64,000 nucleotides of DNA from an uncultured Pseudomonadota bacterium. Its GTDB lineage: Bacteria > UBA10199 > GCA-002796325 > 1-14-0-20-49-13. Below the pieces are notes generated by a model. It was not told the DNA's origin. It did no database searches and saw nothing but the letters and a program-made list of their open reading frames with translations. The stretch lies in contig CAZYHS010000009.1 of NCBI GenBank assembly GCA_964647545.1, positions 631 to 64,630 of the forward strand, read 5' to 3'. Both the position numbers and the translations under genes were made by a program. Below are positions 53,086-62,036 of this stretch, one piece after another (position 1 is the stretch's first letter; each line of letters starts with the position of its first letter).

Positions 53086-54134
53086 TTGTTGATTTCAAGA
53101 GCTTTGTTTCTTGCCTTAGCGGCTTCGCGCTTGTTTTTCATCTTGTCGTAAATATCTGCAAGGTGCCACCATGTGATGGCGTCTTCGGGAACTTGCACGA
53201 CAGCCATCGACAGCTTGGAGGCCGCGTCGCCGTAACGTCCGCTGCCGGCCGCTTCGAGCCCCGCGATAAAATAGGCCTGTCCTATGAGAAAGCGGTTCGT
53301 AAACTGAAATTCTTCCTCACGCGCCTTGATAACGTAGGCCCTGACGCGCTGGGCGATAGGGAGCCTTTTTGAGAAACGGCGCATCAGGCCGATCTCGTTT
53401 TCGGCCTGTTGAAAATAGGCGGAATAGGGGAGCCTGTTCTGTTTGTTGTACATAGCTAGAAAGCTGTACATGTCTATCAGTCCTTCGTAGGAGCGCATGT
53501 AGTTGATGTCGGCTTTTTTGGCTTCATCGAAGAAGGTCTTTGCAATGTCCATTTGCTTGGGCTCGAACGACCAGTAAATTTCAAGTCCCCGAACATAGCT
53601 TTCGTAGGCTTTCATCACGCTGGTTTCGGCCTTCGTCGCGTTGAATGCTTCGCGATTGAATTTTGGCCCTGTTATCGCAAGTATCTGTTCGGCCGTTGTG
53701 GCCAGCGCGTCAAAGAACTGTCTGTTGTTCGGGAAAGGGACATCCAGCTGAAATTGTTTGATGAGCGTCCCTTTTCGGTTGAGCTGCACAAATATTCTGA
53801 GGTTCTGTCCCACGTGCTGAAACATGCCCCCCACCGTATAGGCCGGATTCACCGCCTTTGACGATACCCGAGCCGCCGGTCCGAATATCGCGTAGCTCTC
53901 CTCCGAAGCGTTCATGAGCAGGGAGATGTAAAGAGGTATTCCTTGAGAGAGCCATGAATCTCCCGGCTTTTTTGTGAAATCGTCGAAGCTTAAAAGTACG
54001 GTGTAGTTTCTGTCGGATGGAATGAGATCGGCCTCGAATCTGGCCATAAAATTATTCCAGTCGATGCAGTCGGAGGCGCGCGCCGACGCCGATAAAAGAA
54101 GCGCCATAGCGCATATGATCATCTTAAGTTTCAT
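53073..54134 (-). CDS. hypothetical secreted protein with a C-terminal TPR-like region
   Basis: Likely ATG at 54134 giving the signal peptide MKLKMIICAMALLLSASARA. The track ORF extends to a TTG at 54170. Confidence 0.55.
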   Translation of the reverse strand: MKLKMIICAMALLLSASARASDCIDWNNFMARFEADLIPSDRNYTVLLSFDDFTKKPGDSWLSQGIPLYISLLMNASEESYAIFGPAARVSSKAVNPAYTVGGMFQHVGQNLRIFVQLNRKGTLIKQFQLDVPFPNNRQFFDALATTAEQILAITGPKFNREAFNATKAETSVMKAYESYVRGLEIYWSFEPKQMDIAKTFFDEAKKADINYMRSYEGLIDMYSFLAMYNKQNRLPYSAYFQQAENEIGLMRRFSKRLPIAQRVRAYVIKAREEEFQFTNRFLIGQAYFIAGLEAAGSGRYGDAASKLSMAVVQVPEDAITWWHLADIYDKMKNKREAAKARNKALEINKCLQ

Positions 54135-54142
54135 GGGCGAAA

Positions 54143-54170
54143 AATATACACTAAAAGTCCAATAGTTCAA
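54143..54170 (-). promoter_or_regulatory. putative sigma70 promoter (TTGAAC-16-TATATT) for the secreted/TPR/FHA operon
   Basis: Reverse complement of 54143-54170. The -10 box ends about 9 nt upstream of the 54134 ATG, which would give a near-leaderless mRNA. Oriented back-to-back with a TTGACA at 54178-54183 on the + strand. Confidence 0.3.
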
Positions 54171-54217
54171 TTAACTTTTGACATGTTGGCCCCTCTTTGT
54201 TAATCGCTTCGACCATT

Positions 54218-54898
54218 ATGAGCACATATAAAAGACTCCCAAGGGACAAAAAAAGCAGCAGGCCTGTTCATGTGGCGACATTTCTCGACCACACTTATCA
54301 CTGGCTTGAAAACAACTGGCGGATAGTTCTTTCAGGCGTAGTTGTGATACTTGTGATCACGGCGTCGTCTTTGGCGTTGAAATTTTATTTAGGCGACCGC
54401 GACGATGCGGCCAAGGCCCTCTACTTTGAGGCCACGAAGGCGGCCCCCGAAAGCGAAGAGGCTCTCTCCAAGCTCGGCGAGGTCATTGTCAAATATCCCA
54501 AGTCGGGTGTTGCCGATGTTTCCAGAATTAAACTCTCGAAACTCTATTCGGCCAAGGGCGATTTTGTAAAGGCCGAGGAGGTGTTGACTCCGGCCACAAG
54601 ATCATCGAGCGAAATATTAAGAACGCTTGCCATGAACAATCTGGCCGAGCTTAAACTTGGCAGCGGAAAACCGGCCGAAGCCGGCGATATTTACGCCAGA
54701 TCGGCAGCCGACTCAAAAAATCCTATGCGCGGCTCGAGCTATTTTAACGCCGCTCTGTCGTACAAAGAGGCCGGAAAGATTGACGAGGCAAAGAAGATCT
54801 TGGAAGAACTTTCAAAGGAAGGGACAGATTATTCAACGCCTGAGTTGGCCGAGAAGAGCAGGCAGATGCTGCTTTTCATGGCTTCCAGCGGCAAGTAA
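54218..54898 (+). CDS. YfgM-like membrane-anchored TPR-like protein
   Basis: ATG at 54218. Short cytoplasmic tail, one TM helix (IVLSGVVVILVITASSLAL), periplasmic TPR-like helical repeats. Immediately upstream of a PQQ-propeller gene, as in yfgM-bamB. Confidence 0.5.
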   Translation: MSTYKRLPRDKKSSRPVHVATFLDHTYHWLENNWRIVLSGVVVILVITASSLALKFYLGDRDDAAKALYFEATKAAPESEEALSKLGEVIVKYPKSGVADVSRIKLSKLYSAKGDFVKAEEVLTPATRSSSEILRTLAMNNLAELKLGSGKPAEAGDIYARSAADSKNPMRGSSYFNAALSYKEAGKIDEAKKILEELSKEGTDYSTPELAEKSRQMLLFMASSGK

Positions 54899-54904
54899 AT
54901 TCTT

Positions 54905-56023
54905 ATGAAAATCAAAAGAATTATCGCGGCGGCTTTATTCGCGGCCGTTGCTTTTTTCGCGGCGGGGGTCGGCTCTTCGGAGGCTTCGGATGGTCTGAAC
55001 GAACCTCTGACGCTCAAGTGGGTCACTCAGCTTAAAAAAGAAAAGATCATAACCCGCAAGCCCTATCAGTTCGCATCGCCGATCCTTGACGGCGAAAATC
55101 TTTATGTCGGCGTCGCGCGCGGAAGATTCTATTCGATCGAAACAAAGAAGGGGCGCAAGAACTGGGAGGTCGAACTTGAAGGGGGCGTTTATGCCGACGC
55201 CGCATTTGATGACGAAAATATCTACGTCGCCGATCGCAAAGGCGTTGTCTATTCGATCGCAAAAAAAGACGGAAAGATAAACTGGAAGACCGAATCGGGA
55301 GGCGAAGTGTCGGCTACCCCGATGCTGCACGGAGAAAACGTACTCGTCGTTACGACGCTTCGGCAGCTTGTCGCTCTTGACAAGGCGAGCGGCGCGTTGA
55401 AATGGGTCACGACCAAATCTGGGACCCAGCCTCAGATGACCATTAAGGAATCGTCAACGCCGGTCATTTACAACGGGAAAATTTATCTCGGCTATTCCGA
55501 CGGTTCGGTCAGCTGTTTGGATCCGTCCGACGGCGCGGTGATCTGGTCGCGTGACGTAGCCAACAAAAGCGCCCGTTTTACCGACATGGATTCGTCACCG
55601 TTGTTTGTTAACGGCGTGATGGTCATTTCGGGGGCGGACGGCAACACCTACGCGCTCGATCCTAACGACGGCTCGAAGGTATGGACCGTCGCTCATGGCG
55701 GCGCAAACGACGTTGTGACCGACGGCAAATTTCTTTTCGTGGCCGGAGGCGGTTACGTCGCTGCGGTCGATCCGGGGAGCGGCGGAATAATTTGGGAGCA
55801 GCAGTTCAAGGATTCTGCCGAGCTTTCAACTCCGTCAGTCGGTAACGGTTTTCTGGTGGTTTTCGGCACCGAAGGCCACATGTATACGCTCGACAGCCTT
55901 AGCGGAAAGGTCAAGAGCAAGCGCTATCTCGGAAAAGGGACCTTCGGTCGGGGGACGGTTTACGACAAGAGACTTTTCGTGCTCACGAATTCGTCGAGAC
56001 TTTTTTATTTCCAAGGCAAGTGA
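54905..56023 (+). CDS. PQQ-repeat beta-propeller protein (BamB-like) with a signal peptide but no lipobox Cys
   Basis: Six or more repeats of the PQQ-propeller pattern (e.g. LVALDKASGALKW, VSCLDPSDGAVIW, TYALDPNDGSKVW, VAAVDPGSGGIIW). The signal peptide MKIKRIIAAALFAAVAFFAAGVGSSEA has no cysteine. Confidence 0.7.
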   Translation: MKIKRIIAAALFAAVAFFAAGVGSSEASDGLNEPLTLKWVTQLKKEKIITRKPYQFASPILDGENLYVGVARGRFYSIETKKGRKNWEVELEGGVYADAAFDDENIYVADRKGVVYSIAKKDGKINWKTESGGEVSATPMLHGENVLVVTTLRQLVALDKASGALKWVTTKSGTQPQMTIKESSTPVIYNGKIYLGYSDGSVSCLDPSDGAVIWSRDVANKSARFTDMDSSPLFVNGVMVISGADGNTYALDPNDGSKVWTVAHGGANDVVTDGKFLFVAGGGYVAAVDPGSGGIIWEQQFKDSAELSTPSVGNGFLVVFGTEGHMYTLDSLSGKVKSKRYLGKGTFGRGTVYDKRLFVLTNSSRLFYFQGK

Positions 56024-56060
56024 AGCGTTTAGTTTCGCCTCACGTTCAATCATCCGATAA

Positions 56061-57215
56061 TCATCCAAAAGGGGAGATTTTTCTCAGCCGTTCGATTATG
56101 GCGGGGAGCTTTTCGACGACCAAATCAACATCTTCCTGATTGTTATAGATGGAAAGTGAAAAACGGATAGAGCCGTGCGCCCGTGTGAACGGAATCTTCA
56201 TCGCTCTTAGCACATGTGACGGCTCGAGCGAGCCGGAGGTGCAAGCCGAACCGCTTGACGCGCAGATTCCTTCTTCATTCAAAAGCAGGAGAATCGCCTC
56301 GCCCTCGATGTTTTCAAAGCCGATGTTGGTCGTGTTCGGGAGCCTGTGATCTTTATCGCCGTGGATTTTTGCGGCCGGGATCTTTGCCAGCAAACCATTT
56401 TCAAGCCGATCGCGCAATTCTTTAACCCGCGTGTTCTCTTCGGTCATGTTGGCAAGAGCCAGTTCGCAAGCTTTGCCTAGAGCGACTATGCCCGGGGTGT
56501 TTTCCGTTCCGCCGCGGCGCGAATGCTCCTGATGTCCGCCGATGATGAGAGGTTCGAGTTTGGTTCCCCGTTTGACGTAGAGAAAACCGGTCCCTTTCGG
56601 CGCGTGCAGTTTATGGCCCGATACCGATAAAAAATCGACGTCACATTTTGAAACGTCGATCGGAATTTTTCCGACCGCCTGCACGGCGTCTGTGTGAAAA
56701 AGAACGTTCCTCTTACGGCAAATTTTCACGATATCTTCGATCGGAAAAATTACACCTGTTTCGTTGTTGGCCCACATGACCGAAACGATCGCGGTGTCGG
56801 GTCTGATCGCCGCTTCAAGCTCGGCCATTTCAAGCCGGCCGCTTTCATCCACGCCGACCTCGGTCACCTCAAAGCCGCGTTTGGCAAGCGTTTGGCACAA
56901 AACTCTTACCGCCGGATGCTCGACCGCGGTCGTGACGATGTGACGTTTTGCCGGCTGTGAAAGAAGGGCCGACATGATCGCCGTGTTGTCTCCCTCCGTT
57001 CCGCCGGAGTTGAAGATGATCTCCGACGAACGTTTTGCGCCGATAAGTTTCGCGCATTTTTCGCGAGCTTCATCGATGAATTTCGAGACCTGCCCGCCGA
57101 AGCTGTGCATGCTGGAAGGATTCCCCCACATTTCGGTGAGGAAAGGTTCCATTGCGTTGAGAACTTCCGGTGCAGGTTTTGTAGTCGCGTTGTTATCGAG
57201 GTATGCGTATTTCAT
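56061..57215 (-). CDS. nifS: cysteine desulfurase NifS/IscS family
   Basis: MKYAYLDNNATTKP start, PLP site SVSGHKLHAPKG, active-site SSGSACTS. ATG at 57215 overlaps the nifU stop (ATGA). Confidence 0.9.
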   Translation of the reverse strand: MKYAYLDNNATTKPAPEVLNAMEPFLTEMWGNPSSMHSFGGQVSKFIDEAREKCAKLIGAKRSSEIIFNSGGTEGDNTAIMSALLSQPAKRHIVTTAVEHPAVRVLCQTLAKRGFEVTEVGVDESGRLEMAELEAAIRPDTAIVSVMWANNETGVIFPIEDIVKICRKRNVLFHTDAVQAVGKIPIDVSKCDVDFLSVSGHKLHAPKGTGFLYVKRGTKLEPLIIGGHQEHSRRGGTENTPGIVALGKACELALANMTEENTRVKELRDRLENGLLAKIPAAKIHGDKDHRLPNTTNIGFENIEGEAILLLLNEEGICASSGSACTSGSLEPSHVLRAMKIPFTRAHGSIRFSLSIYNNQEDVDLVVEKLPAIIERLRKISPFG

Positions 57216-58063
57216 ACGGCCTTCACTTTCAGTTTTGGCGATAGATTTTCTTTTATTTTCTTTTCGATGAAATCTTTCATTGTCGAGGCGGCTCCAATGC
57301 AACCTTGGCACGCCCCCTTTAAACGGAGAGATACCGTGTTGTCGGAAAAATCGACCAGCTCTAGGTCTCCGCCGTCGCGTTGAAGCGTCGGTCTGATTCT
57401 TTCTGCGATGAACGCATCAATGCGTCTGATCTTTTCGATGTTTGTGAACGAGTCGAATTCGGTCGGCTTTGTCTCTTTTTCGGCCTCAATTTCAGCCTCT
57501 TCAAAGACCTTTTTGATGAGCTCTCTGATGTCATCGTGGCATTTGCCGCAGGCGCCGCCGGCCTTTGTGTAGTTGGTAACATCTTCGACGGTTGCGAGAT
57601 GATTGACCTTGATGGCTTCGCGGATTTCGTGTTCGGTCACACCGAAGCACTGGCAGACGATCTTTCCTTCGAGCATTTTTTTCTGTTCGGGTTTGACGCC
57701 GCGATAGTAGGCGATCGCCGCTTCGAGGGCTTCGCGCCCCATGACGGAACAGTGCATTTTTGCTTCGGGCAGCCCGCCAAGGTAGTCGGCGATGTCCTTG
57801 TTCGTGATTTTTTCGGCCTCTTCGAGCGTCATGTTCTTAATGATCTCGGTGAGGGCGGAGCTTGACGCGATGGCCGAAGCGCACCCGAAGGTTTTGAACT
57901 TTACATCTTTGATGCGTTTGTTTTCGTCGAGCTTGAATGTCAGCTTTAAAGCGTCGCCGCAGGCCATTGAGCCGACCTCTCCGACGCCGTCGGGGTTTTC
58001 AACTTCGCCGACGTTTCTCGGGTTTAAAAAATGGTCTTTAACTTTTTCGGTATAATCCCACAT
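57212..58063 (-). CDS. nifU: full-length NifU Fe-S scaffold (IscU-like N-domain, BFD-like [2Fe-2S] domain, NifU C-domain)
   Basis: GSMACGD...FKTFGCASAIASS...MHCSV, central CQCFGV...CGKCH, C-terminal CQGC. Confidence 0.9.
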   Translation of the reverse strand: MWDYTEKVKDHFLNPRNVGEVENPDGVGEVGSMACGDALKLTFKLDENKRIKDVKFKTFGCASAIASSSALTEIIKNMTLEEAEKITNKDIADYLGGLPEAKMHCSVMGREALEAAIAYYRGVKPEQKKMLEGKIVCQCFGVTEHEIREAIKVNHLATVEDVTNYTKAGGACGKCHDDIRELIKKVFEEAEIEAEKETKPTEFDSFTNIEKIRRIDAFIAERIRPTLQRDGGDLELVDFSDNTVSLRLKGACQGCIGAASTMKDFIEKKIKENLSPKLKVKAV

Positions 58064-58074
58064 AAAAACTCTCC

Positions 58075-58542
58075 TTATAAAAGCGTTTTAAGCAGAGGCG
58101 GCGTGTGGTGTTCGGTTTTTTTATCGACACACTCGCAGCACGTCGAGCTGCTTGACGATTTTGAGCATTTGCAGCAGTTCGCTTCGACTATTTTTGTCGC
58201 ATCGTCGATCTCTTTTATTATGGCGGTGTATTTTTCTATCGAGGCTAAAAGTTCCGCCCGCTTTTTTCCCAAGAACTCTAGCAGGGCGGGGCTGGTCTCG
58301 CTCGCCTTGGCTCCGCTATGGCGCAAATGCAAAAGTGCGCCGATCTCTTCAAGCGGCATGCCGATCTCTTTCAAGGCAAGGATTGTTTGAATGCGTTCGA
58401 GTTGTGACGGAGAATAAAGCCTGAATCCTCCGACCGTTCTTTCGGTCGATATTAACCCCAGCTCTTCGTAGTATCGAACTGTCCTTGCGGAGATATTTAA
58501 CCGCTTTGCGATATCTCCAATTTTGTACCCCTTGAGTTCCAT
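58075..58542 (-). CDS. MerR-family transcriptional regulator with a Cys-rich C-terminal tail
   Basis: MerR HTH (YKIGDIAKRLNISARTVRYYEELGLI) and coiled-coil. The tail is CCKCSKSSSSSTCCECV. The stop lies 11 nt before the nifU start, so this is an operon. Confidence 0.8.
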   Translation of the reverse strand: MELKGYKIGDIAKRLNISARTVRYYEELGLISTERTVGGFRLYSPSQLERIQTILALKEIGMPLEEIGALLHLRHSGAKASETSPALLEFLGKKRAELLASIEKYTAIIKEIDDATKIVEANCCKCSKSSSSSTCCECVDKKTEHHTPPLLKTLL

Positions 58543-58625
58543 GTCTAAGAGGGTAGTAAACCTTAACGTTAATGTCAAGGTCTGTTGTCAATTATTTGAC
58601 CTTGGCTACCAATTCTTACCACATT
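58543..58625 (-). promoter_or_regulatory. promoter and operator region of the merR-like-nifU-nifS operon
   Basis: On the minus strand, TTGACA (58573-58578) then a 17-nt spacer containing the perfect palindrome TTAACGTTAA, then TACCCT, then ATG about 7 nt later. A second dyad GTCAATTATTTGAC lies upstream at about 58598-58611. Confidence 0.4.
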
Positions 58626-58763
58626 GAGAAAAGGCGTATTTAGACGACATTGGTAAAACCTTTAAAAAACAAACTGTTAGCTTAAATATGTGAACTTTTT
58701 TTTGGCATGGCTTGTGCAGTTAAAGCGGGCGAGGGTTCGAGAGAAAAGTGGGGGAGATAAATT

Positions 58764-59183
58764 ATGAAGACCGACCCAAAGAGACTTAAAGTCAGGTTCG
58801 AGCTCGATGCCGGAAAATCGGCCGGCGTCGAAAATGAGCCGAAACGACTTTCACCGCTGGAACAAATCAAACAGACAGGCGGAGTCGCTCATGCCGTTAA
58901 AAGCGGTCAAAAGCGTTCGCCCGACAGCATGCTGGCCGTCTATCGCGACAGGCTGACCTACACGTTCATTCTGGATAAGGAGGTTGCGTCGATCCATTTT
59001 GACAGATCGCGCCGTGAAATATTTTTCAAAGGGCACAATATCGCAAATATGGAGTTGAGTCCCCAGCAGATAGGCGCCCTGAAAGAATTGCAGGGCATTC
59101 TGGCCGAGGACGAGCAGGGAAAACTATTATTTAACGATTATGTAGCAACTTTGGGTCATCTGCTGACCGATAAGTCTAAATGA
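58764..59183 (+). CDS. hypothetical protein
   Basis: 139-aa ORF with an AGGGTTCGAGAGAAAAGTGGGGGAG-type RBS region. No recognisable domain. Confidence 0.5.
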   Translation: MKTDPKRLKVRFELDAGKSAGVENEPKRLSPLEQIKQTGGVAHAVKSGQKRSPDSMLAVYRDRLTYTFILDKEVASIHFDRSRREIFFKGHNIANMELSPQQIGALKELQGILAEDEQGKLLFNDYVATLGHLLTDKSK

Positions 59184-59199
59184 GGGCTGAACTCGGGCT

Positions 59200-59682
59200 G
59201 TGGCGGTGTATCCAAGGCGGCTTGCAACAGGTGATAAAATGAGCAGGGTCCAAAACAACATAAGACAGATAGCAAGAGAGACCCCTCAAACCCGCTCGGT
59301 TAGAGGCTCTGCGGGGGCTCCTGTTTCCGGAGAAGATGTCTATCTCGGCGAAAATACCGACACGGCAAAGGCCGTTTATGACCAGATGATAAGCGGAATT
59401 CGGGCAAGATGCGATTCGAACGGCTCGGTTTGTCTGGGCGAAGTTAACGTCGGCAAAATGGCGGTCCTCTATAAATTTCATCCGACCGTGCGCGCTCGGA
59501 CCTACCTGCTGGGATTGCTCGAAAAAATTAACTCGATTTTAGATAACAAAGATGGTAGCCCTCACTTCGACCGTTTGAGAAGCACAGCCAGTGCCTGCCG
59601 CAGAGAGGTGGTCGATGCGCTTAAAGTCGCGCCTAGTGACGGCCGCCGCCTCGATTCTGGTAATATCGATTCTGTTCGTTAG
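59200..59682 (+). CDS. hypothetical protein (possible start at 59239; 3' end overlaps the comEC start)
   Basis: 160-aa ORF with no recognisable motif. Overlaps the likely comEC ATG at 59615 by 68 nt. Confidence 0.4.
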   Translation: MAVYPRRLATGDKMSRVQNNIRQIARETPQTRSVRGSAGAPVSGEDVYLGENTDTAKAVYDQMISGIRARCDSNGSVCLGEVNVGKMAVLYKFHPTVRARTYLLGLLEKINSILDNKDGSPHFDRLRSTASACRREVVDALKVAPSDGRRLDSGNIDSVR

Positions 59683-61819
59683 TCATTTTTCGCGGCCGTC
59701 CAAATCGCAAAACGAAATAGCGGGTTTCATTGAGGCCTTTGGCCTTTCTACGCGCAAGTGTGTCGGCGTGGTCGGCAGAGTTTCGCCCGATAAGGCCGAG
59801 GTTGATCTTCGCGGCTGCTATGAGCGCGGTAGGTTCGTCGAGCTGCGCGGGAAAATCCTGCTGACCGTAAGAACCGGCGTAAAGCTTATGCCGTCGGACG
59901 AAATTTCCTTCATTTCACGAATAAAAAAACCGCGTGATTTTAAAAACGAAGGAGTTTTTTCGTACAGCCGCTATCTTGCGTCCCGCGGAATTTCCGCGAT
60001 CGCGTTCGTGGGAGACATTTCAAAGATCGAAGTGAACAAAGTTTCGTCCGAACATAAGCTGCTTCGTTTGGCCGAAATGTTGCGCCTGCAGATTGCGTCC
60101 TCCTTTGCTTCGGTTAAAGAAGACGCGCTTTACGGGCTCTCGCTTGCTTTGACCATCGGCGACGACGGACATGTGCCGGAAGAAGTTGACGACGCTTTTC
60201 GCAGCTCGGGGCTCGCCCATCTTTTGGTTATTTCGGGCCTCAACGTTGCTTTTGTGGCGATGGCGATATTTTTTCTTCTCTGGCGGGCGGCCGCTTGTCT
60301 GCCGCGGCTTGCAGAGCGTTTTGATCTGCGCCGGCCCAGCGCTTTTTTTACGATCTTTATCGTATGGCTCTATGCGTTTGTTGCGGGGCTTGACGTTTCG
60401 GTCGTTCGCGCCGCGATAATGGCAAGCGTTTTTTTGGCAGGTATCGCTTTTGGCAGAAAACCCGACACCGTCAATTCCCTGTCGGTCGCGGCAATTATTA
60501 TTTTGTTGCGCGAGCCGATGGCGATTTACGATATTTCGTTCCAGCTTTCGTTCGTTGCGGTTTTGTCGATGGCTCTTTGGTACAAACCCCTTGTAAAATT
60601 CTTTGCGATCGAACGGCTGCATCGTGTTTTACGATATTTTGCCGAGGCATCGCTTGCGACCCTTTCGGCGACTATGGGGGTGACGCCTCTTATTTTGTAT
60701 TCTTTTAAGCAGGCTTCTCTTCTTGGATTCTTTGCGAATCTCTTTGCCGTGCCTTACGCCGGCGCAATAATCACTCCTTTAAGCCTTGTCAGCCTGTCGA
60801 TCGGCGGAGTCGCCCCCGAGGCTTTGGGCCGGCTTCAAGAATTTTTTGCTTGGAGTTTGTTGCCGCTGTTAAAGATCGCGCAGCTGTTCGCGCTTGCCGA
60901 AGCAAGGATCGACTTCCATTTTAGCCCGACCTTGTTTTCGGTCGTGTCGGCTTACGTTCTTATGGCCGGAGTTCTGTTTCTTGGGAATAAAAAACGGGCT
61001 TTCATTTTTGGCTCTTTCATTGCGGTCGCCGTGGCCGTCGATATTTTTGCCCAGCACGGTTATTTTGAAGGGCGAAAACTCAAAGTTACGTTCATTGATG
61101 TCGGACAGGGCTCTTCGACTCTTGTTGAAACTCCCGATGGTAGAAAAATCTTGATAGACGGCGGAGGGGTCGTCGGCTCGACCTTCGACATAGGCAAAAA
61201 TGTGATAGCTCCGTTTTTATGGAGGCGCGGAATTTATCGCCTCGATGAGGTGGTGCTGACGCACGCGCATCCCGACCATTATTTGGGGCTGCAAAGTGTG
61301 ATCGAAAAATTCGCTCCGCAACGATTTATCTGGAACGGGATCTATCCCGCCGAAGGTGAAGATAAGGTTTTTGGCGAATTCATGTCGAGAGTCGAATCTA
61401 GCGGTGCGGCAATTCAAGTTGCAGAAGGTGTTGGAGCGATGCCCGACGCGAGCGATCTTAACGAGGCGTCGCTTGTTTTGCGTTTCGATTTCGGCAAAAC
61501 GGGTTTTCTTGCGACCGGCGACATAGGCTTTGCGCGCGAAGATTTTTTAGTTCGCGGCGGTCATTTGCGGCGCGTTGATCTGATAAGCGCACCTCATCAC
61601 GGTTCGGCGAAGTCGGGCGGTCGGGAATTTTTAAAGGCTCTCTCTCCGCAGTTCGGCGTGGTGCAGGCGGGTGAGGGGAACGTTTACGGTTTTCCAAAAA
61701 AAGAGGCGCTTTCAAGGCTTGAACAGGCGGGGGCGAAAGTTTTTCGCACCGATATCGACGGCGCCGTGACGTTCGTCTCCGACGGCGAAAAGTTCGAAGT
61801 AGAAAAGTTTATCGATTAA
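59615..61819 (+). CDS. comEC: DNA internalization-related competence protein ComEC/Rec2 with a metallo-beta-lactamase domain
   Basis: N-terminal TM plus DUF4131-like region, polytopic competence domain, C-terminal MBL motif VLTHAHPDH...D...H. ATG at 59615 after a GAGAGGTGG RBS. Confidence 0.85.
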   Translation: MRLKSRLVTAAASILVISILFVSHFSRPSKSQNEIAGFIEAFGLSTRKCVGVVGRVSPDKAEVDLRGCYERGRFVELRGKILLTVRTGVKLMPSDEISFISRIKKPRDFKNEGVFSYSRYLASRGISAIAFVGDISKIEVNKVSSEHKLLRLAEMLRLQIASSFASVKEDALYGLSLALTIGDDGHVPEEVDDAFRSSGLAHLLVISGLNVAFVAMAIFFLLWRAAACLPRLAERFDLRRPSAFFTIFIVWLYAFVAGLDVSVVRAAIMASVFLAGIAFGRKPDTVNSLSVAAIIILLREPMAIYDISFQLSFVAVLSMALWYKPLVKFFAIERLHRVLRYFAEASLATLSATMGVTPLILYSFKQASLLGFFANLFAVPYAGAIITPLSLVSLSIGGVAPEALGRLQEFFAWSLLPLLKIAQLFALAEARIDFHFSPTLFSVVSAYVLMAGVLFLGNKKRAFIFGSFIAVAVAVDIFAQHGYFEGRKLKVTFIDVGQGSSTLVETPDGRKILIDGGGVVGSTFDIGKNVIAPFLWRRGIYRLDEVVLTHAHPDHYLGLQSVIEKFAPQRFIWNGIYPAEGEDKVFGEFMSRVESSGAAIQVAEGVGAMPDASDLNEASLVLRFDFGKTGFLATGDIGFAREDFLVRGGHLRRVDLISAPHHGSAKSGGREFLKALSPQFGVVQAGEGNVYGFPKKEALSRLEQAGAKVFRTDIDGAVTFVSDGEKFEVEKFID

Positions 61820-61820
61820 T

Positions 61821-61908
61821 TCAGTTAGGTCTGTTGAGTCGGTTATTTCAGTTAATTCTGTTAACGGACTAAACGGAACTAACCGAACTAACTGAATTAA
61901 CCTTTTTT
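61821..61908 (+). repeat. 9-bp-periodic inverted hairpin array (copy A) plus T6, a likely unusual comEC terminator
   Basis: Five tandem 9-mers TCNGTTANN (TCAGTTAGG TCTGTTGAG TCGGTTATT TCAGTTAAT TCTGTTAAC) are followed by four 9-mers of the complementary form NNNACTAAC (GGACTAAAC GGAACTAAC CGAACTAAC TGAATTAAC), then TTTTTT. The array is centred on the palindrome GTTAAC at 61860-61865. Confidence 0.6.
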
Positions 61909-62036
61909 CGTGTCATTCCGGACGTAGATTCGGAATCCCCCGCACCAACTTTGTCACCCCCGAGGTAGTAATCGGGGACCTCGTTTACATCTATTGTGTC
62001 TTTGCGAGTCCAAAGGACGAAGCAATCCCCCTACCA

